From Pelagomonas calceolata (taxonomy: Eukaryota), in NCBI GenBank assembly GCA_918797485.1, contig CAKKNE010000003.1, positions 1,116,001-1,180,000 of the forward strand: a DNA stretch of 64,000 bases, read 5' to 3'. The notes below the pieces were generated by a model. It was not told where the DNA came from. It ran no database searches and worked only from the letters and a program-made list of their open reading frames with translations. Positions within the stretch are counted from its first letter, which is position 1; each line of letters starts with the position of its first letter. Positions 37,635 to 47,867 of this stretch are shown here, in pieces. The translations under genes were made by a program, and so were the position numbers.

Positions 37635-38930
37635 TCAGACGCGCTCCCAGCGCGGGTACGTGATCTTGGAAGAGAACGCGCCCCGCAGCACATCATACCA
37701 AGGCGGACTCGCGGGGTAGAACTCGGCGCCCGCTCGTCGTTTGAGCTCCGGCAGGTTCCAGAGAGGCACCTTCGGGAAGTCGTGGTGCTCGCAGTGGTAG
37801 TTCGCGGCGACGCACAGAACATCGAACCAGGGCCCCCCATACACGCTGTGCGTCGGCCGGTCCGGAGCCGCGCCGCCGACGCCGTAGCCTTCATCATCCA
37901 CACCATGGTTCGACACGAAGAGGGCCGCTGTCGGGAGCGGCGGCACCTGCCAAATGGTCTCCGCGACTAGCAAAAATAGTAGAGACCTCCCATCGAAGCC
38001 GGACAGCGCGAAAACGGCCAATTGACAGAGAGCGGAAAAGCGCGCGTAGTCGGCGCACAGGTCGTGGAAGGCTTGGGGCTTGTTCGGGAAGAAGAACGCG
38101 TTCGATCCCGACAAAGCCACATATTTGTCATTGCAGCAAAGGGCGAAGCGCTCGAACGCCATGGACCAGGCGTAGGCCAGGGCGTTCCGGGACAGGCCGA
38201 TGTCGTCGTCCTGGTCGAAGCGCCACAGATACCGGTAGGCGAAGCGCGAGATCGATATTGTCATGTCTCCTATTATTCCACCGCCGTCGTCCGCGGCGCC
38301 GTTCGTGGATTCTTGTCTGTGTGACGCGAAGAAGAGGTCGCCGTCCTCGAAGGCCAATTGGTCGCTCGCAAACAATTCTTTTGCGGAATAGTCGCCCGTG
38401 GCGGCGTGGTGGTTGAGATGGCCCAGCGCCAGATACAGCCAGTACCCGAACACGGACGGCTGCGAGCCGCATTTCAGAATCTGTTCCCGTCGTTCTCGCC
38501 TTTCACCGATCGGCTGGCTCAGGTCGTCGGCGCCCCCGTGCACGACGTCGTGCAGCAGCGCGAACTGCGCGAGCGAGCAGTAGGCGCCCAGAGTTGAGGC
38601 GAATCCAAGCCACCACAAGCCATCCAAATGTGGGGTGTATGTAGCTAGACCAATAAGGAGCGCGTCGGCGGCGACGAGACAGCCGAGGGTCCGCCCGGGC
38701 GTCGGGGCCTCGAGCTTTGCGATGACCTCGGCGCCGAGCTTCTTCGTGATCGCATTCTTTCGTTCCGCGTGCCAGGCGGCGACGGCGCCGCCCCGGCTGT
38801 CTGTTGTCGGGCGGTCGGGTGGTGCGATCCTGATCGCTTTTGGCTGCGGCTGGCGTGGCCTTGCTATTTCCAGCACCGCGTCGGTCTTTGCGTGTAGTAG
38901 TGCGAGGATGAAAAGCAGCCTGGACACCAT
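37635..38930 (-). CDS. Membrane fatty-acid desaturase, sphingolipid delta-4 (DEGS)-like
   Basis: His boxes HDVVH, HLNHH, NYHCEHHDFPKVP; signal-like N-terminus. Confidence 0.85.
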   Translation of the reverse strand: MVSRLLFILALLHAKTDAVLEIARPRQPQPKAIRIAPPDRPTTDSRGGAVAAWHAERKNAITKKLGAEVIAKLEAPTPGRTLGCLVAADALLIGLATYTPHLDGLWWLGFASTLGAYCSLAQFALLHDVVHGGADDLSQPIGERRERREQILKCGSQPSVFGYWLYLALGHLNHHAATGDYSAKELFASDQLAFEDGDLFFASHRQESTNGAADDGGGIIGDMTISISRFAYRYLWRFDQDDDIGLSRNALAYAWSMAFERFALCCNDKYVALSGSNAFFFPNKPQAFHDLCADYARFSALCQLAVFALSGFDGRSLLFLLVAETIWQVPPLPTAALFVSNHGVDDEGYGVGGAAPDRPTHSVYGGPWFDVLCVAANYHCEHHDFPKVPLWNLPELKRRAGAEFYPASPPWYDVLRGAFSSKITYPRWERV

Positions 38931-39080
38931 GGTGGCTTATCCTACTTGGAGCAGTCGTGGAGCCGCTTTTTTTTTTGTCTGCACCTCTTCCTTGACGTAT
39001 ATAGTGGTCGCAGCGAGTACCTAACAGCTCACCACGTTCGTATGAGCCGCGCTTTGGCCGCTGACCTCAGATTGAGATTA

Positions 39081-39105
39081 GCTAGCGCGGTATAAAGACA
39101 CTAGC
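39081..39105 (+). promoter_or_regulatory. Recurrent intergenic motif (variant)
   Basis: GCTAGCG-CGGTA-TAAAGACACTAGC between divergent genes. Confidence 0.5.
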
Positions 39106-39261
39106 AAACGGGGCTGCTCGTCAATTTCAGCGTTGCACGGGCGCTAGACGCTGCCTGTGCGGCCGCAAACGTTGTTCATACTCATCTCGCAGCCTCCCGC
39201 CAGCTCTCGGCATCCCTGCGCTGCTGCACAAAATCAGCTGCCACCTGCAGCCATCACAGCC

Positions 39262-39963
39262 ATGTCCGACGACTCATCAGACGACGAGATACCGCTCTGT
39301 AGTGTGCCAGCAGAGCCGCCCGCGAAGCGCCAGCGCGCGGTCGACGCCGTCGCGGCGTCATGGGTCGGTAGCCGTCCACTCGAAGAATCGACGCGCCGGC
39401 CACGCGCTAGGCCGAAGGAGAAGCCACCGGCGCCACCAGCGGCAGTACCGCAGCCCTCGGCGCCAGACGACGGCGTCGACACCTTACACGTCGCGAACCT
39501 GCCGACGCGCGCCACGGCGGGGCTCCTGCGCCAGCACTGTGTCGAGACGCTCGGCGACGACGAGGCCAATGTGACGGACTGCCGCGTCGTGGAAAAGGCA
39601 CGGCGCTTCGCCTTCGTCGAGTGCAAGGATGCGGGGACGGCGCGGCGGCTGCTGGATAAGTTAGATGGCGACACGTGGTTCGGCGAACGCCTGGTCGTGA
39701 ACGCGGCGCGGCCGCGGACGTCGCGCGCCGAGGACCGGCGCGAGGCCTACGAGAAGCTTGCCGAGCACGTCGAGAAGCGGGAGCAAGCGAAAATCGAGGC
39801 GCGCGCGAAGAAACGCCAGGCCGAGCGTGACGCGTGGGAGAAGGAACATGGGCCGCGTGTTCGCGCCGAGAAGGCGGCGGCTCGATCCCAGGGCCACTTC
39901 GGCCATGGATTTGGGAGCGACGGGCGACCACTCCTGCACTCGGGGTACAAAGACATGTTGTGA
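39262..39963 (+). CDS. RRM RNA-binding protein
   Basis: TLHVANLP (RNP2), RRFAFVEC (RNP1), LDGDTWFGERLVVNAAR. Confidence 0.85.
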   Translation: MSDDSSDDEIPLCSVPAEPPAKRQRAVDAVAASWVGSRPLEESTRRPRARPKEKPPAPPAAVPQPSAPDDGVDTLHVANLPTRATAGLLRQHCVETLGDDEANVTDCRVVEKARRFAFVECKDAGTARRLLDKLDGDTWFGERLVVNAARPRTSRAEDRREAYEKLAEHVEKREQAKIEARAKKRQAERDAWEKEHGPRVRAEKAAARSQGHFGHGFGSDGRPLLHSGYKDML

Positions 39964-40042
39964 ACTTCTGGCGGCGCCGCTGACGACGACGACGAGCGGC
40001 CGTCTAGGGGGGAGTACTTGTTGTGATTTTAGACATTCAAAC

Positions 40043-41002
40043 TTACTGGGAGTAGGGCGCCGGGCTGTACATCATGATATTTTCGACAGTCTTCCAAAAA
40101 GGCTCGAACAAGAAGGCACTGTTCTGCACGACGGGATTTTTCGTGATGGCCTCCTCTAACGCATATATGGTAATGGCCAACATAGCCAACCTCCCGTTCT
40201 TGATCTCCGCCGTCTCCATGAGCATCTTCCCCGACTCCGATTTGCCGAAGATCGTGTAGAGCCCAAGCGGGTCGAAGCCGAGGTCGCCCGGCACGTAGCT
40301 ACCGGTGAGCATCCACTGGCTGTCGGCCGCCTTGGCCTGGCCCTTCTTGTACTCGCTCAGCGCCTCGACCGCGCCAGCGAATAAGACGACAGACACCCAA
40401 TAAACCGGCGAGATCATGCCCATGCCGCCGTTGAGCACGGAGACGGCGCGGCCGCCGTTCTCCTCGATGATGGGCTCGAGGCCGAAGGTCTTGGCGATGC
40501 CCGTGTCCCAGAGCTCCGCGAGCGGCCAGCCCGCCGCCGCAAGCATTGCGAGGCGCGCGTGCTTGAGCTCCGCCTCGCGGTAGACGTAGAGCTGCACCTT
40601 CGAGTCGGCGAGCGAGAGCGGGTCGAAGCCCGAGTCCGCGGCGAGCGCGCGGTCGAGGATCGCCGGGCGGCCCGAGAACGGTAATGCTAAATCGGACCAG
40701 TTCTCCGTGCGCTTCTGGGCGACGCGGCCCTTCGGCGTGGGCGGCGGCGCGGCGGGTGCGACCGGCGGGGCGGCCACCGGCGCCGGCGCGACGGCGGCCG
40801 GCTCCGTGCCAGTGGCCTCCAGGACGGCAGCCTCGAGAGTCGTCATCGGCGCCGCCGGCGCGGCAGCCGATTCAGCGGTTTCCGGTGTGTCGACCGGCGT
40901 CGATGCCATGCTGATCGTCTTGAGCGCGCGCTGCTGCGGCGCAACGAGCGCGTTCGCGCCGGAGAGCAATGCTAAGGCGATGAGGGGCTTAGAGGCAATC
41001 AT
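40043..41002 (-). CDS. Light-harvesting complex (fucoxanthin-chlorophyll a/c binding) protein
   Basis: GFDPL, REAELKHARLAMLA, PGDLGFDPLG, AEIKNGRLAMLA; bipartite plastid-targeting N-terminus. Confidence 0.93.
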   Translation of the reverse strand: MIASKPLIALALLSGANALVAPQQRALKTISMASTPVDTPETAESAAAPAAPMTTLEAAVLEATGTEPAAVAPAPVAAPPVAPAAPPPTPKGRVAQKRTENWSDLALPFSGRPAILDRALAADSGFDPLSLADSKVQLYVYREAELKHARLAMLAAAGWPLAELWDTGIAKTFGLEPIIEENGGRAVSVLNGGMGMISPVYWVSVVLFAGAVEALSEYKKGQAKAADSQWMLTGSYVPGDLGFDPLGLYTIFGKSESGKMLMETAEIKNGRLAMLAITIYALEEAITKNPVVQNSAFLFEPFWKTVENIMMYSPAPYSQ

Positions 41003-41482
41003 TGTTGCTGTGAGTGTGCTGAAAAGCAGAGATGCGTTGCGGATGAAGAAAGTGGGTAGAGAGCTGCTGTCTCGCAAGGTGTGCGTGACGTGCAGTGCGG
41101 TTTTGCGAATTTGCAGGCTGTGTCAATCCCAGCCAAGCGCATCGAGTCATCGGAAATCGGGCCGTACTAGAAACGCCTTTTTGGAGGCGTTGCAGGCCCC
41201 GCGGACCCTTGCCCGCTACTGTGTACTGCTAGAATGGGCCTTCGGAGGGACGCGCCGCCTCCACAGCCAGAGGCTCGAGCGCATGAGGTGGATGCGTGCA
41301 GCGTGCCCAGCGCAATCCGACAGCCATCGGCACATTTGCTAAGCTAGAAATAGTGGTCGAACAACCACTGTGCAAGGGCATTCGAATTTGCTGCGCTCGA
41401 GAGGCCAGACGAGCTGCAGCAACACAAAGCCCTGGGACTGCTCACAGCAGCACGCCATCGACGCGACACGCTAGGAATCAAA

Positions 41483-44026
41483 ATGCTGCGCGGCGTCACG
41501 CTCCTGTTCTGCGCCGCGGCCACGCGCGGGCTCATCGCGCCGCGCCACGGCTTCCCCACGGCGCGACGGCCACAGCGCGCACAAACATGCCGCATGCTCT
41601 TCGACAAGTTCGACGCCGAAGCGGTCAACGTGCTCATGTACGCCCAGCAGGAAACGAGATCCGCGAAGCTCGGCGAGGTCGGCACCGAGCAAGTGTTGCT
41701 AGGCGTCTTGCAGTGCCCCGAGAACGCGAAGAAAGCTTTAGACAGGTTCGGCGTCACGTTAGATGCGATGCGCGATACCATCGGAGTGAAAAAGTCTTTG
41801 GGAGATAAGGCCGCGGAGCTGTTTCGGAGGGAAAAGGAACCGTTGCCTTTTACGGCGCGGTCGAAGGCCTGCTTCAAGCGCGCCGTCTCGGAAAGCGAGG
41901 CCATGGCCTGCGAGGAGGTGCGGCCCGAGCACCTGTTCTTGGCCGTGGCGAGAGACGACCAGTCGGAGGCTAGATCCGCTCTAGAGAAGTTGGGCGTCGA
42001 GGTCGACGCCCTGTGTGACGCCGTGGCCAAGGACGCGCGGAAGGCCAAGGGTTCGCTCGTGGGCGTGGGCGGCGACGGCGACGAGCGGGAGACGACGTTA
42101 GCTTCGGTCGGTGTTGATCTCACGGCGTTAGCTCTAGACGGGGAACTGGATCCATGTGTAGGGAGGAGTGAGGAAATCGCCAGAGCAGTCCAGATCTTAT
42201 TAAGAAGACGGAAGTCGAACCCGTGTCTCGTCGGCGACGCGGGCGTCGGGAAGACGGCCATCGCCGAAGGTCTGGCCCAGAAGATCGCGGAGGGCGACGT
42301 GCCCAAGAAGTTGAAGGGTGCTCGAGTGCATACGCTCGAGATGGCCTTGTTAGTTGCCGGTACGAAGTATCGGGGAGAGTTCGAGGAGAGGTTAAGGGAC
42401 GTCGTCGCCGAGGCTTCTAGTGATACGAATACCATCCTGTTTATTGATGAACTCCACACGTTGGTCGGTGCGGGTGCGGCCGACGGCGCCATCGACGCGG
42501 GGAACATCCTGAAACCGGCTCTGGCTAGGGGCGGGTTGCGGTGCATCGGCGCTACTACTGTTGCGGAGTACAGAAAATACGTCGAGAAGGATCCCGCGCT
42601 CGAGCGACGGTTCCAACCTGTAAGTGTGGATGAGCCGTCCGTCGAGGAGACCGTCGAGATCTTGACGGGATTGCAGAAGGATTATGAAGAGCACCACGAG
42701 GTCACTTATTCTACGGAGGCCGTTGCCGCCGCCGCAGCATATGGTGATAGGTACGTAAACGATCGATTCTTACCTGATAAAGCTATCGACTTACTAGATG
42801 AGGCCGGCGCCGCGGCGCAAGTGAGGGTCGAGAACAACCAGGGCGAATCTCATGTAACGGAAGACGACGTCGCGTCCGTCGTGTCCACGTGGACGGGTAT
42901 TCCGGTCCAGCGGTTGTCGAGGCCCGAACAGTTGCGACTGATGGACCTCGAGAAGGAGCTCCATGAGGATTTGATAGGACAAGACTCCGCGGTGACGGCA
43001 GTAGCCAGAGCCATCAGGCGCGCGAGAGTCGGCATGCGCTCACCACAGAAACCTGTTGCGAGTTTCATCTTCGCCGGCCCGACGGGCGTCGGCAAGACCT
43101 TCGTCGCCAAGACGCTGGCCAAAACCTACTTCGGCGACGAGAAGACGATGGTCCGATTCGACATGTCCGAGTACATGGAGAGGCATACTGTTTCAAGGTT
43201 GGTGGGCTCACCACCGGGCTACGTCGGTTTTGATGATGGCGGGCAACTCACGAACGCCGTGCGACGGACGCCGCACTGCGTCTTGCTTTTCGACGAGATC
43301 GAAAAGGCTCATGGGGATGTCTACAACCTGATGCTGCAGATCCTGGACGACGGGCGGTTGACCGACGCGCAAGGTAGAACTGTGGACTTTTCGAATGCTG
43401 TGGTCGTGTTCACGTCCAATGTGGGTAGTCAGGACATCCTGGAGGCGTTCGATCAAGGTGGGAGTGCGGATTTGATCCGAGGTAAAGTTACTGGTGCTTT
43501 GTCCGAGAATTTTAGACCGGAGTTCCTGAACCGATTGGACGAGATCGTCGTGTTCGACCCGCTCGATAAGGAGCAACTGAGTGATGTGCTCGAGACGATG
43601 CTGCGGGAGGTTTACGAGCGAGCCGAGAAGGAAGATCTGAGGATAGCTTTGACTGATGGATTGAAGGCGGAGATCATCCAGGCCGGGGCTGCGGACGCTA
43701 GATTCGGCGCGCGACCACTGAGGAGAGCGGTCCAGCGCTTCGTCGAAGACGTCATCGCAGAAGGTGTTTTGGGGGGAGGCGTCGACCGAACGAAGCCCAT
43801 CACGCTGGATTACGGCGCGGGTCAGGTATTAGTCACCCAAAACGGCAAGCAGTGTTGTGCTGTACCAGTCGACGCTGCGCAATTCGGGGGGGTCGAGGCG
43901 GCCAAGGATGCTGAATTGAGAAGTGCGATGCCGAACCTGCCCTTCGACGTCGTCGACGACGTGGCACCGCTGGAAGCGGCCGTGCCGTCGGGCGGGGGCG
44001 GCGGGAAATCTAGGAGAACGGACTAA
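41483..44026 (+). CDS. ClpC/ClpA-type Hsp100 AAA+ chaperone, probably plastid-targeted
   Basis: Two Clp-N repeats; GDAGVGKT, GTKYRGEFEERL, DPALERRFQ, GPTGVGKT, GSPPGYVG, FRPEFLNRLDE, GARPLRR. Confidence 0.93.
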   Translation: MLRGVTLLFCAAATRGLIAPRHGFPTARRPQRAQTCRMLFDKFDAEAVNVLMYAQQETRSAKLGEVGTEQVLLGVLQCPENAKKALDRFGVTLDAMRDTIGVKKSLGDKAAELFRREKEPLPFTARSKACFKRAVSESEAMACEEVRPEHLFLAVARDDQSEARSALEKLGVEVDALCDAVAKDARKAKGSLVGVGGDGDERETTLASVGVDLTALALDGELDPCVGRSEEIARAVQILLRRRKSNPCLVGDAGVGKTAIAEGLAQKIAEGDVPKKLKGARVHTLEMALLVAGTKYRGEFEERLRDVVAEASSDTNTILFIDELHTLVGAGAADGAIDAGNILKPALARGGLRCIGATTVAEYRKYVEKDPALERRFQPVSVDEPSVEETVEILTGLQKDYEEHHEVTYSTEAVAAAAAYGDRYVNDRFLPDKAIDLLDEAGAAAQVRVENNQGESHVTEDDVASVVSTWTGIPVQRLSRPEQLRLMDLEKELHEDLIGQDSAVTAVARAIRRARVGMRSPQKPVASFIFAGPTGVGKTFVAKTLAKTYFGDEKTMVRFDMSEYMERHTVSRLVGSPPGYVGFDDGGQLTNAVRRTPHCVLLFDEIEKAHGDVYNLMLQILDDGRLTDAQGRTVDFSNAVVVFTSNVGSQDILEAFDQGGSADLIRGKVTGALSENFRPEFLNRLDEIVVFDPLDKEQLSDVLETMLREVYERAEKEDLRIALTDGLKAEIIQAGAADARFGARPLRRAVQRFVEDVIAEGVLGGGVDRTKPITLDYGAGQVLVTQNGKQCCAVPVDAAQFGGVEAAKDAELRSAMPNLPFDVVDDVAPLEAAVPSGGGGGKSRRTD

Positions 44027-44667
44027 TTTAGGATGTCTTCGACGCGCTTCTTCATGACCGGATAGATCACGTCCGACTCCGTCCCGGCGAAGGTCGCGAC
44101 CTTCTCCCCATAGTGTGCTATGAGCGGCTTCGCGAGGTCGTGGTACTGCTGCAGGCGTTTTTTGATGGCCTCCTCCGTGTCGTCGGGCCTTATTACCAGA
44201 GGTTCTCCGGTCTCATCATCGATACCTTCTCGCTTCGGCGGGTTCCACTCGACATGATACGAACGACCGGACGCGACGTGCACGCGGCGGCCGCCCAGCC
44301 GGCTCAGGATCTCGGCCTCGGGGATGTCTAGATCTAACACAAGGTCCACGTCGTGCTTCGCATCCAAAGCTACGGCCTGCGCGGCATGCCTAGGGAACCC
44401 ATCCAAGAGCCACCGCGGCTCATTCTTCAGATTCTCGAGCTGTCCCAGCACGAGATCCGTCACCAATTCGTCGGGCACGAGCGCGCCGCGGCCGATGTAG
44501 TCCTTCGCTTTGTTTCCGATGGCCGAGCCCGCTGCTATCTCGGCCCGCAACGCGTCGCCCGCCGAAAAGTGGCAAAATCCAAAGTCCCGCACGAGCCGCT
44601 TGGATAGCGTGCCCTTGCCGCCGCCGGGCGGGCCGAGGATCAGGGCCTTGAAGGCCTTGGCGGCCAT
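44023..44667 (-). CDS. Adenylate kinase (AK3/GTP:AMP phosphotransferase-like, long LID)
   Basis: GPPGGGKGT, WLLDGFPR, RRVHVASGRSYH, RPDD, FAGTESDVIYP. Confidence 0.93.
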   Translation of the reverse strand: MAAKAFKALILGPPGGGKGTLSKRLVRDFGFCHFSAGDALRAEIAAGSAIGNKAKDYIGRGALVPDELVTDLVLGQLENLKNEPRWLLDGFPRHAAQAVALDAKHDVDLVLDLDIPEAEILSRLGGRRVHVASGRSYHVEWNPPKREGIDDETGEPLVIRPDDTEEAIKKRLQQYHDLAKPLIAHYGEKVATFAGTESDVIYPVMKKRVEDILN

Positions 44668-45016
44668 CGGTCGGATTTTTCGTCCCTCTCCAGCAGTAGC
44701 GACGGTTCGCAGCAATACAAATCACTGCGAAAAGTTGCTGACAATTGTTTGCTGCCGTCGTATAGAGAGCTGCAAGCTGGAGATCGGCTGGAACTAGTAT
44801 GCTACTGACGCTAGCTAACTTGCAGGCCCTCGAAAAAACACGCCTGAACGCCACGGAAACGGTACCAGTCACTCACTGCATATCAGTATACCGCCGCAGT
44901 ACCACAGGCAGCCATCTGCGAAGAGCTGGTGGCTTCGCGTTGCGAAACAATTGCAAAACCGCTACTTTGCTACTTTCGGGTGCTCTGGACAAAGCGGTCC
45001 CGCGCGCACGGATATA

Positions 45017-46186
45017 ATGCTCTCGAGCACCTGCGCAGCGTGCGGCGCGTCGGGCGCCAAGAAAGACTGCGGGCGCTGTAAGACGACGTACTGCAGCGTC
45101 GCGTGCCAGACGCAGCACTGGAAGGAAGGCGGGCACAAGGACCTCTGTAAACGCATCAAGCGCGGTGGTGGCGCCGAACAGTATCACGCGGACAAGAAAT
45201 ACAAGGAGGCCGTCGATGAGGCGATTGAGGAATGCGCGGAGGCAACAAAAGGCCAGACGTGCTACATCTGCCGAGATGAACGGTCCACCGAGGGATTAGT
45301 CCGCGGCTGCGCGTGCCATACGACCGAGGGCTTCGCGCACTTGTCGTGCCTGGTTCGCGAGGCGCAGGTTGTGGGCGAGGACGAGTTGCAGCAGCACAAC
45401 CGCAATAAGCTTTGGACCAAGTGGGCAGAGTGTAGTCTATGTCGCCAAAGATATCATGGCCCCGTAGCGCGTGCCATGGCGTGGGGTGGCTGGAAGACAT
45501 ACTTGAGTCGACCTGAGGGGGATGCGATTCGGGGGTATGCGCTGAATATCATGGGAATCACGAAGGGCATGAATAATGAAGAAGCGCTACGCGCCGCCAT
45601 GGCCTACCGCGAGTGGTGTTGTCGGTTCGACCCGGCCAATATCATGACTGCCGATGAAAATCTCGCACTCGTGTACAAGGGCTTGAGATGTTACGATGAA
45701 GCTATTTCTGTGTTGCAGCGGGTGCGGGCGGAAAAGTTGAAGCGGTTGCGTGGCTCGGAAAACGAGGATAGCGTGATGACACTCCTCAATATTTCGGCAA
45801 GCCATTCTTGTGCGGGGCGCTACGCGGAGGCGATCGCGCTGCTCAGCAGGGAACGACCAGCCGCGTGCCGAGCGTTGGGGGAGGACCACCATCTTTGCAT
45901 CTCGCTGGCTGGCCTTCTCGGGTCGGCGCACCTGCGGCGTGGGGCAGACCTAGGGGATTTCCTTGCCGCCGGCGCCATTCTTCGTGATGTAATTCTGCGG
46001 TTCCGAAAAGTCCTCGGCCCAGATCACCCGCACACGCATTCGAGCGAACATTCTTTCGTGGAAGCCCTGGCGGCCCTGGAGAAGGCCGGCTGCGAAGCTG
46101 ACATCCTGGAAAAGCTCAGCAGTGGCATTTTGAAAGACGAGCCCGTCTACGAGCCGCGCTCTCGGCCCGGCCCTTGGAAGAAGTAA
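45017..46186 (+). CDS. zf-MYND + RING-variant + TPR-like repeat protein
   Basis: CAACG...CGRCKTTYCSVACQTQHWKEGGHK..C; CYIC...GCAC...AHLSCL...W..C..C; RALGEDH, KVLGPDHPHT. Confidence 0.88.
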   Translation: MLSSTCAACGASGAKKDCGRCKTTYCSVACQTQHWKEGGHKDLCKRIKRGGGAEQYHADKKYKEAVDEAIEECAEATKGQTCYICRDERSTEGLVRGCACHTTEGFAHLSCLVREAQVVGEDELQQHNRNKLWTKWAECSLCRQRYHGPVARAMAWGGWKTYLSRPEGDAIRGYALNIMGITKGMNNEEALRAAMAYREWCCRFDPANIMTADENLALVYKGLRCYDEAISVLQRVRAEKLKRLRGSENEDSVMTLLNISASHSCAGRYAEAIALLSRERPAACRALGEDHHLCISLAGLLGSAHLRRGADLGDFLAAGAILRDVILRFRKVLGPDHPHTHSSEHSFVEALAALEKAGCEADILEKLSSGILKDEPVYEPRSRPGPWKK

Positions 46187-46208
46187 GAACCACTTTTGTT
46201 ACAAACGA

Positions 46209-47405
46209 CTAGTCCCCGACCTCCTCCTTCCGCCCGGCACGGTCGAGCACCGCGTGCACGGCGGCGATGTCCTCCTCGTCAGCATCGCACTTCCTCAGCG
46301 CCGTCTCGAGCGCGTCGAAGTCCGTCTCGCCGAGCTCCTCGTAGACCTCTGCGAGCGTCGCCGAGCCGGCCGTCGCGTCGTCCGTCTGGTTGAGCGTTGC
46401 CGAGCCGTCGTCTCCGGACACCGTCGTGTCAGGTGGCGCCGGCGCAGGCGCAGGCGCAGGCGCCGCGACAGGAGCGGAAGCAGGAGCGGTCACCGGCGAC
46501 GCGGGCGGCGCAGTACGCCGCGGCCGCCGCCGAACCGCCGCCAGTTTCGCCGCCAGCGCGCGTGGGTCGCCGTCCCGGACGACGTCGCGGAGCTGGCGCA
46601 CGGCCGCGATCGCCTCCCGGGCCTTCGCGTCGCTCTGCGCCGTCGCCATGGCGCCGATCTTTTCTCGCACGTCGGCCGCCTCCGTGGCGGCGGCTAGACG
46701 CGCCTCGGCCTTCTCGACGGCGAAGCGCAGCCGGTCGTGCTCCTCGGCCAGGACCCGCGCGTCGGCCAAAGCGCGGGCGCGCTGCTTTTGGACGGTCGCG
46801 TCCGGTGGTACTGGCGGCGGTGGTGCCGGCACCGCCTCCGGCTTTGCGGCGGCGGCGGCGACGCGCTCCTCGAGGCGCGCCGTTTGTACTTTGGCGTCGG
46901 CGCTCGCCGCCGCCGCCTCGGCGGCCTCGAGGCGCGCGGCCTGCGCCGCCTCGCGCGCGTCGGCGGCGCGTGCCTGCGCGAGGTCGCGCCGCGCTTCGTT
47001 CGCCGCGAGGTGCTCCATCGCCGCCTGCTTGCGCTCGTTCGCGGCGCGCGCGTCCTTCCAGCGCCGCGTCGCCCGGGCCTCGAGGAGCTGGATCGTCGCC
47101 TCCTGGGCCGCCCAGGACTCGTCGAGCGCCGCGAGGCGCGCGTCCGACTTCGCCTCGGCGTCGGCGGCGTCTCTAGCGTTTATCTCGGCGCGCGCGAGGT
47201 CCTCGTCGCGCGGGCTCGTCGGCGCGGACGACGGCTCCGACGGCGCCAGCGGCGTCGTCGGTTCTTCCTCTTCCTCCTCCGAGAGTGAGCGCTCCGACGA
47301 CGACGTCGTCGCGTCCGAGGCGTCGCCGTCGGATTGGAAGAGGCCGCGGCGCGCGGTGGTTCGTTTTTTTACTGTGATTGGTGATGTTGGGACGGGCGTA
47401 GCCAT
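46209..47405 (-). CDS. Hypothetical coiled-coil protein
   Basis: 398-aa ATG ORF, Ala/Glu/Arg-rich helical composition. Confidence 0.6.
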   Translation of the reverse strand: MATPVPTSPITVKKRTTARRGLFQSDGDASDATTSSSERSLSEEEEEEPTTPLAPSEPSSAPTSPRDEDLARAEINARDAADAEAKSDARLAALDESWAAQEATIQLLEARATRRWKDARAANERKQAAMEHLAANEARRDLAQARAADAREAAQAARLEAAEAAAASADAKVQTARLEERVAAAAAKPEAVPAPPPPVPPDATVQKQRARALADARVLAEEHDRLRFAVEKAEARLAAATEAADVREKIGAMATAQSDAKAREAIAAVRQLRDVVRDGDPRALAAKLAAVRRRPRRTAPPASPVTAPASAPVAAPAPAPAPAPPDTTVSGDDGSATLNQTDDATAGSATLAEVYEELGETDFDALETALRKCDADEEDIAAVHAVLDRAGRKEEVGD

Positions 47406-47867
47406 CTTTACGTGCAGCGCTCTCCGAGACTGTTTCGCTCTCCGGGGCCTCCTGGTGAGTTATGGCTCAGTCTTGCAACGCGACCGAGCTGTTGGGACTC
47501 AAAGCCCTCTTCTGAGTCGCTGTGCTGGCTCGCGATCGCTGCTCGCGCTCGGCGCGCCGCACAGCGCAGCTGCGCCCGGGCCCGAGCTCATGAGCACTCG
47601 GGTTTTGCGGCGCGAAGCATGAGCGCCCCCAAGTACGTCTATTCACCCTTCCAGATCGACCAAGAGGCCTCCGCTTTCGCGGCTTTCGCCGGCGCTAGGC
47701 AAAGCAACATCAAAACTCGACGTTCATGGGCAGCCTGCACGGCGCCATTTACAACCGGCCAGCGCCCAGCTGGGGCGCGCAGGAGTCGAACGGCTCGACA
47801 CATGATCACTAGAAGCGCGTGAGACCGGTGCTGCGCGTGGGAGGCTGCCAAATCACACAGAGCCATC

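Noticed and set aside
41451..41467. Introner core CACGCCATCGACGCGAC just upstream of the Clp start (similar short matches at about 635 and 27445)
   Set aside because: No TIR, TSD or splice pair could be defined; short CG-rich matches can arise by chance or within coding sequence.
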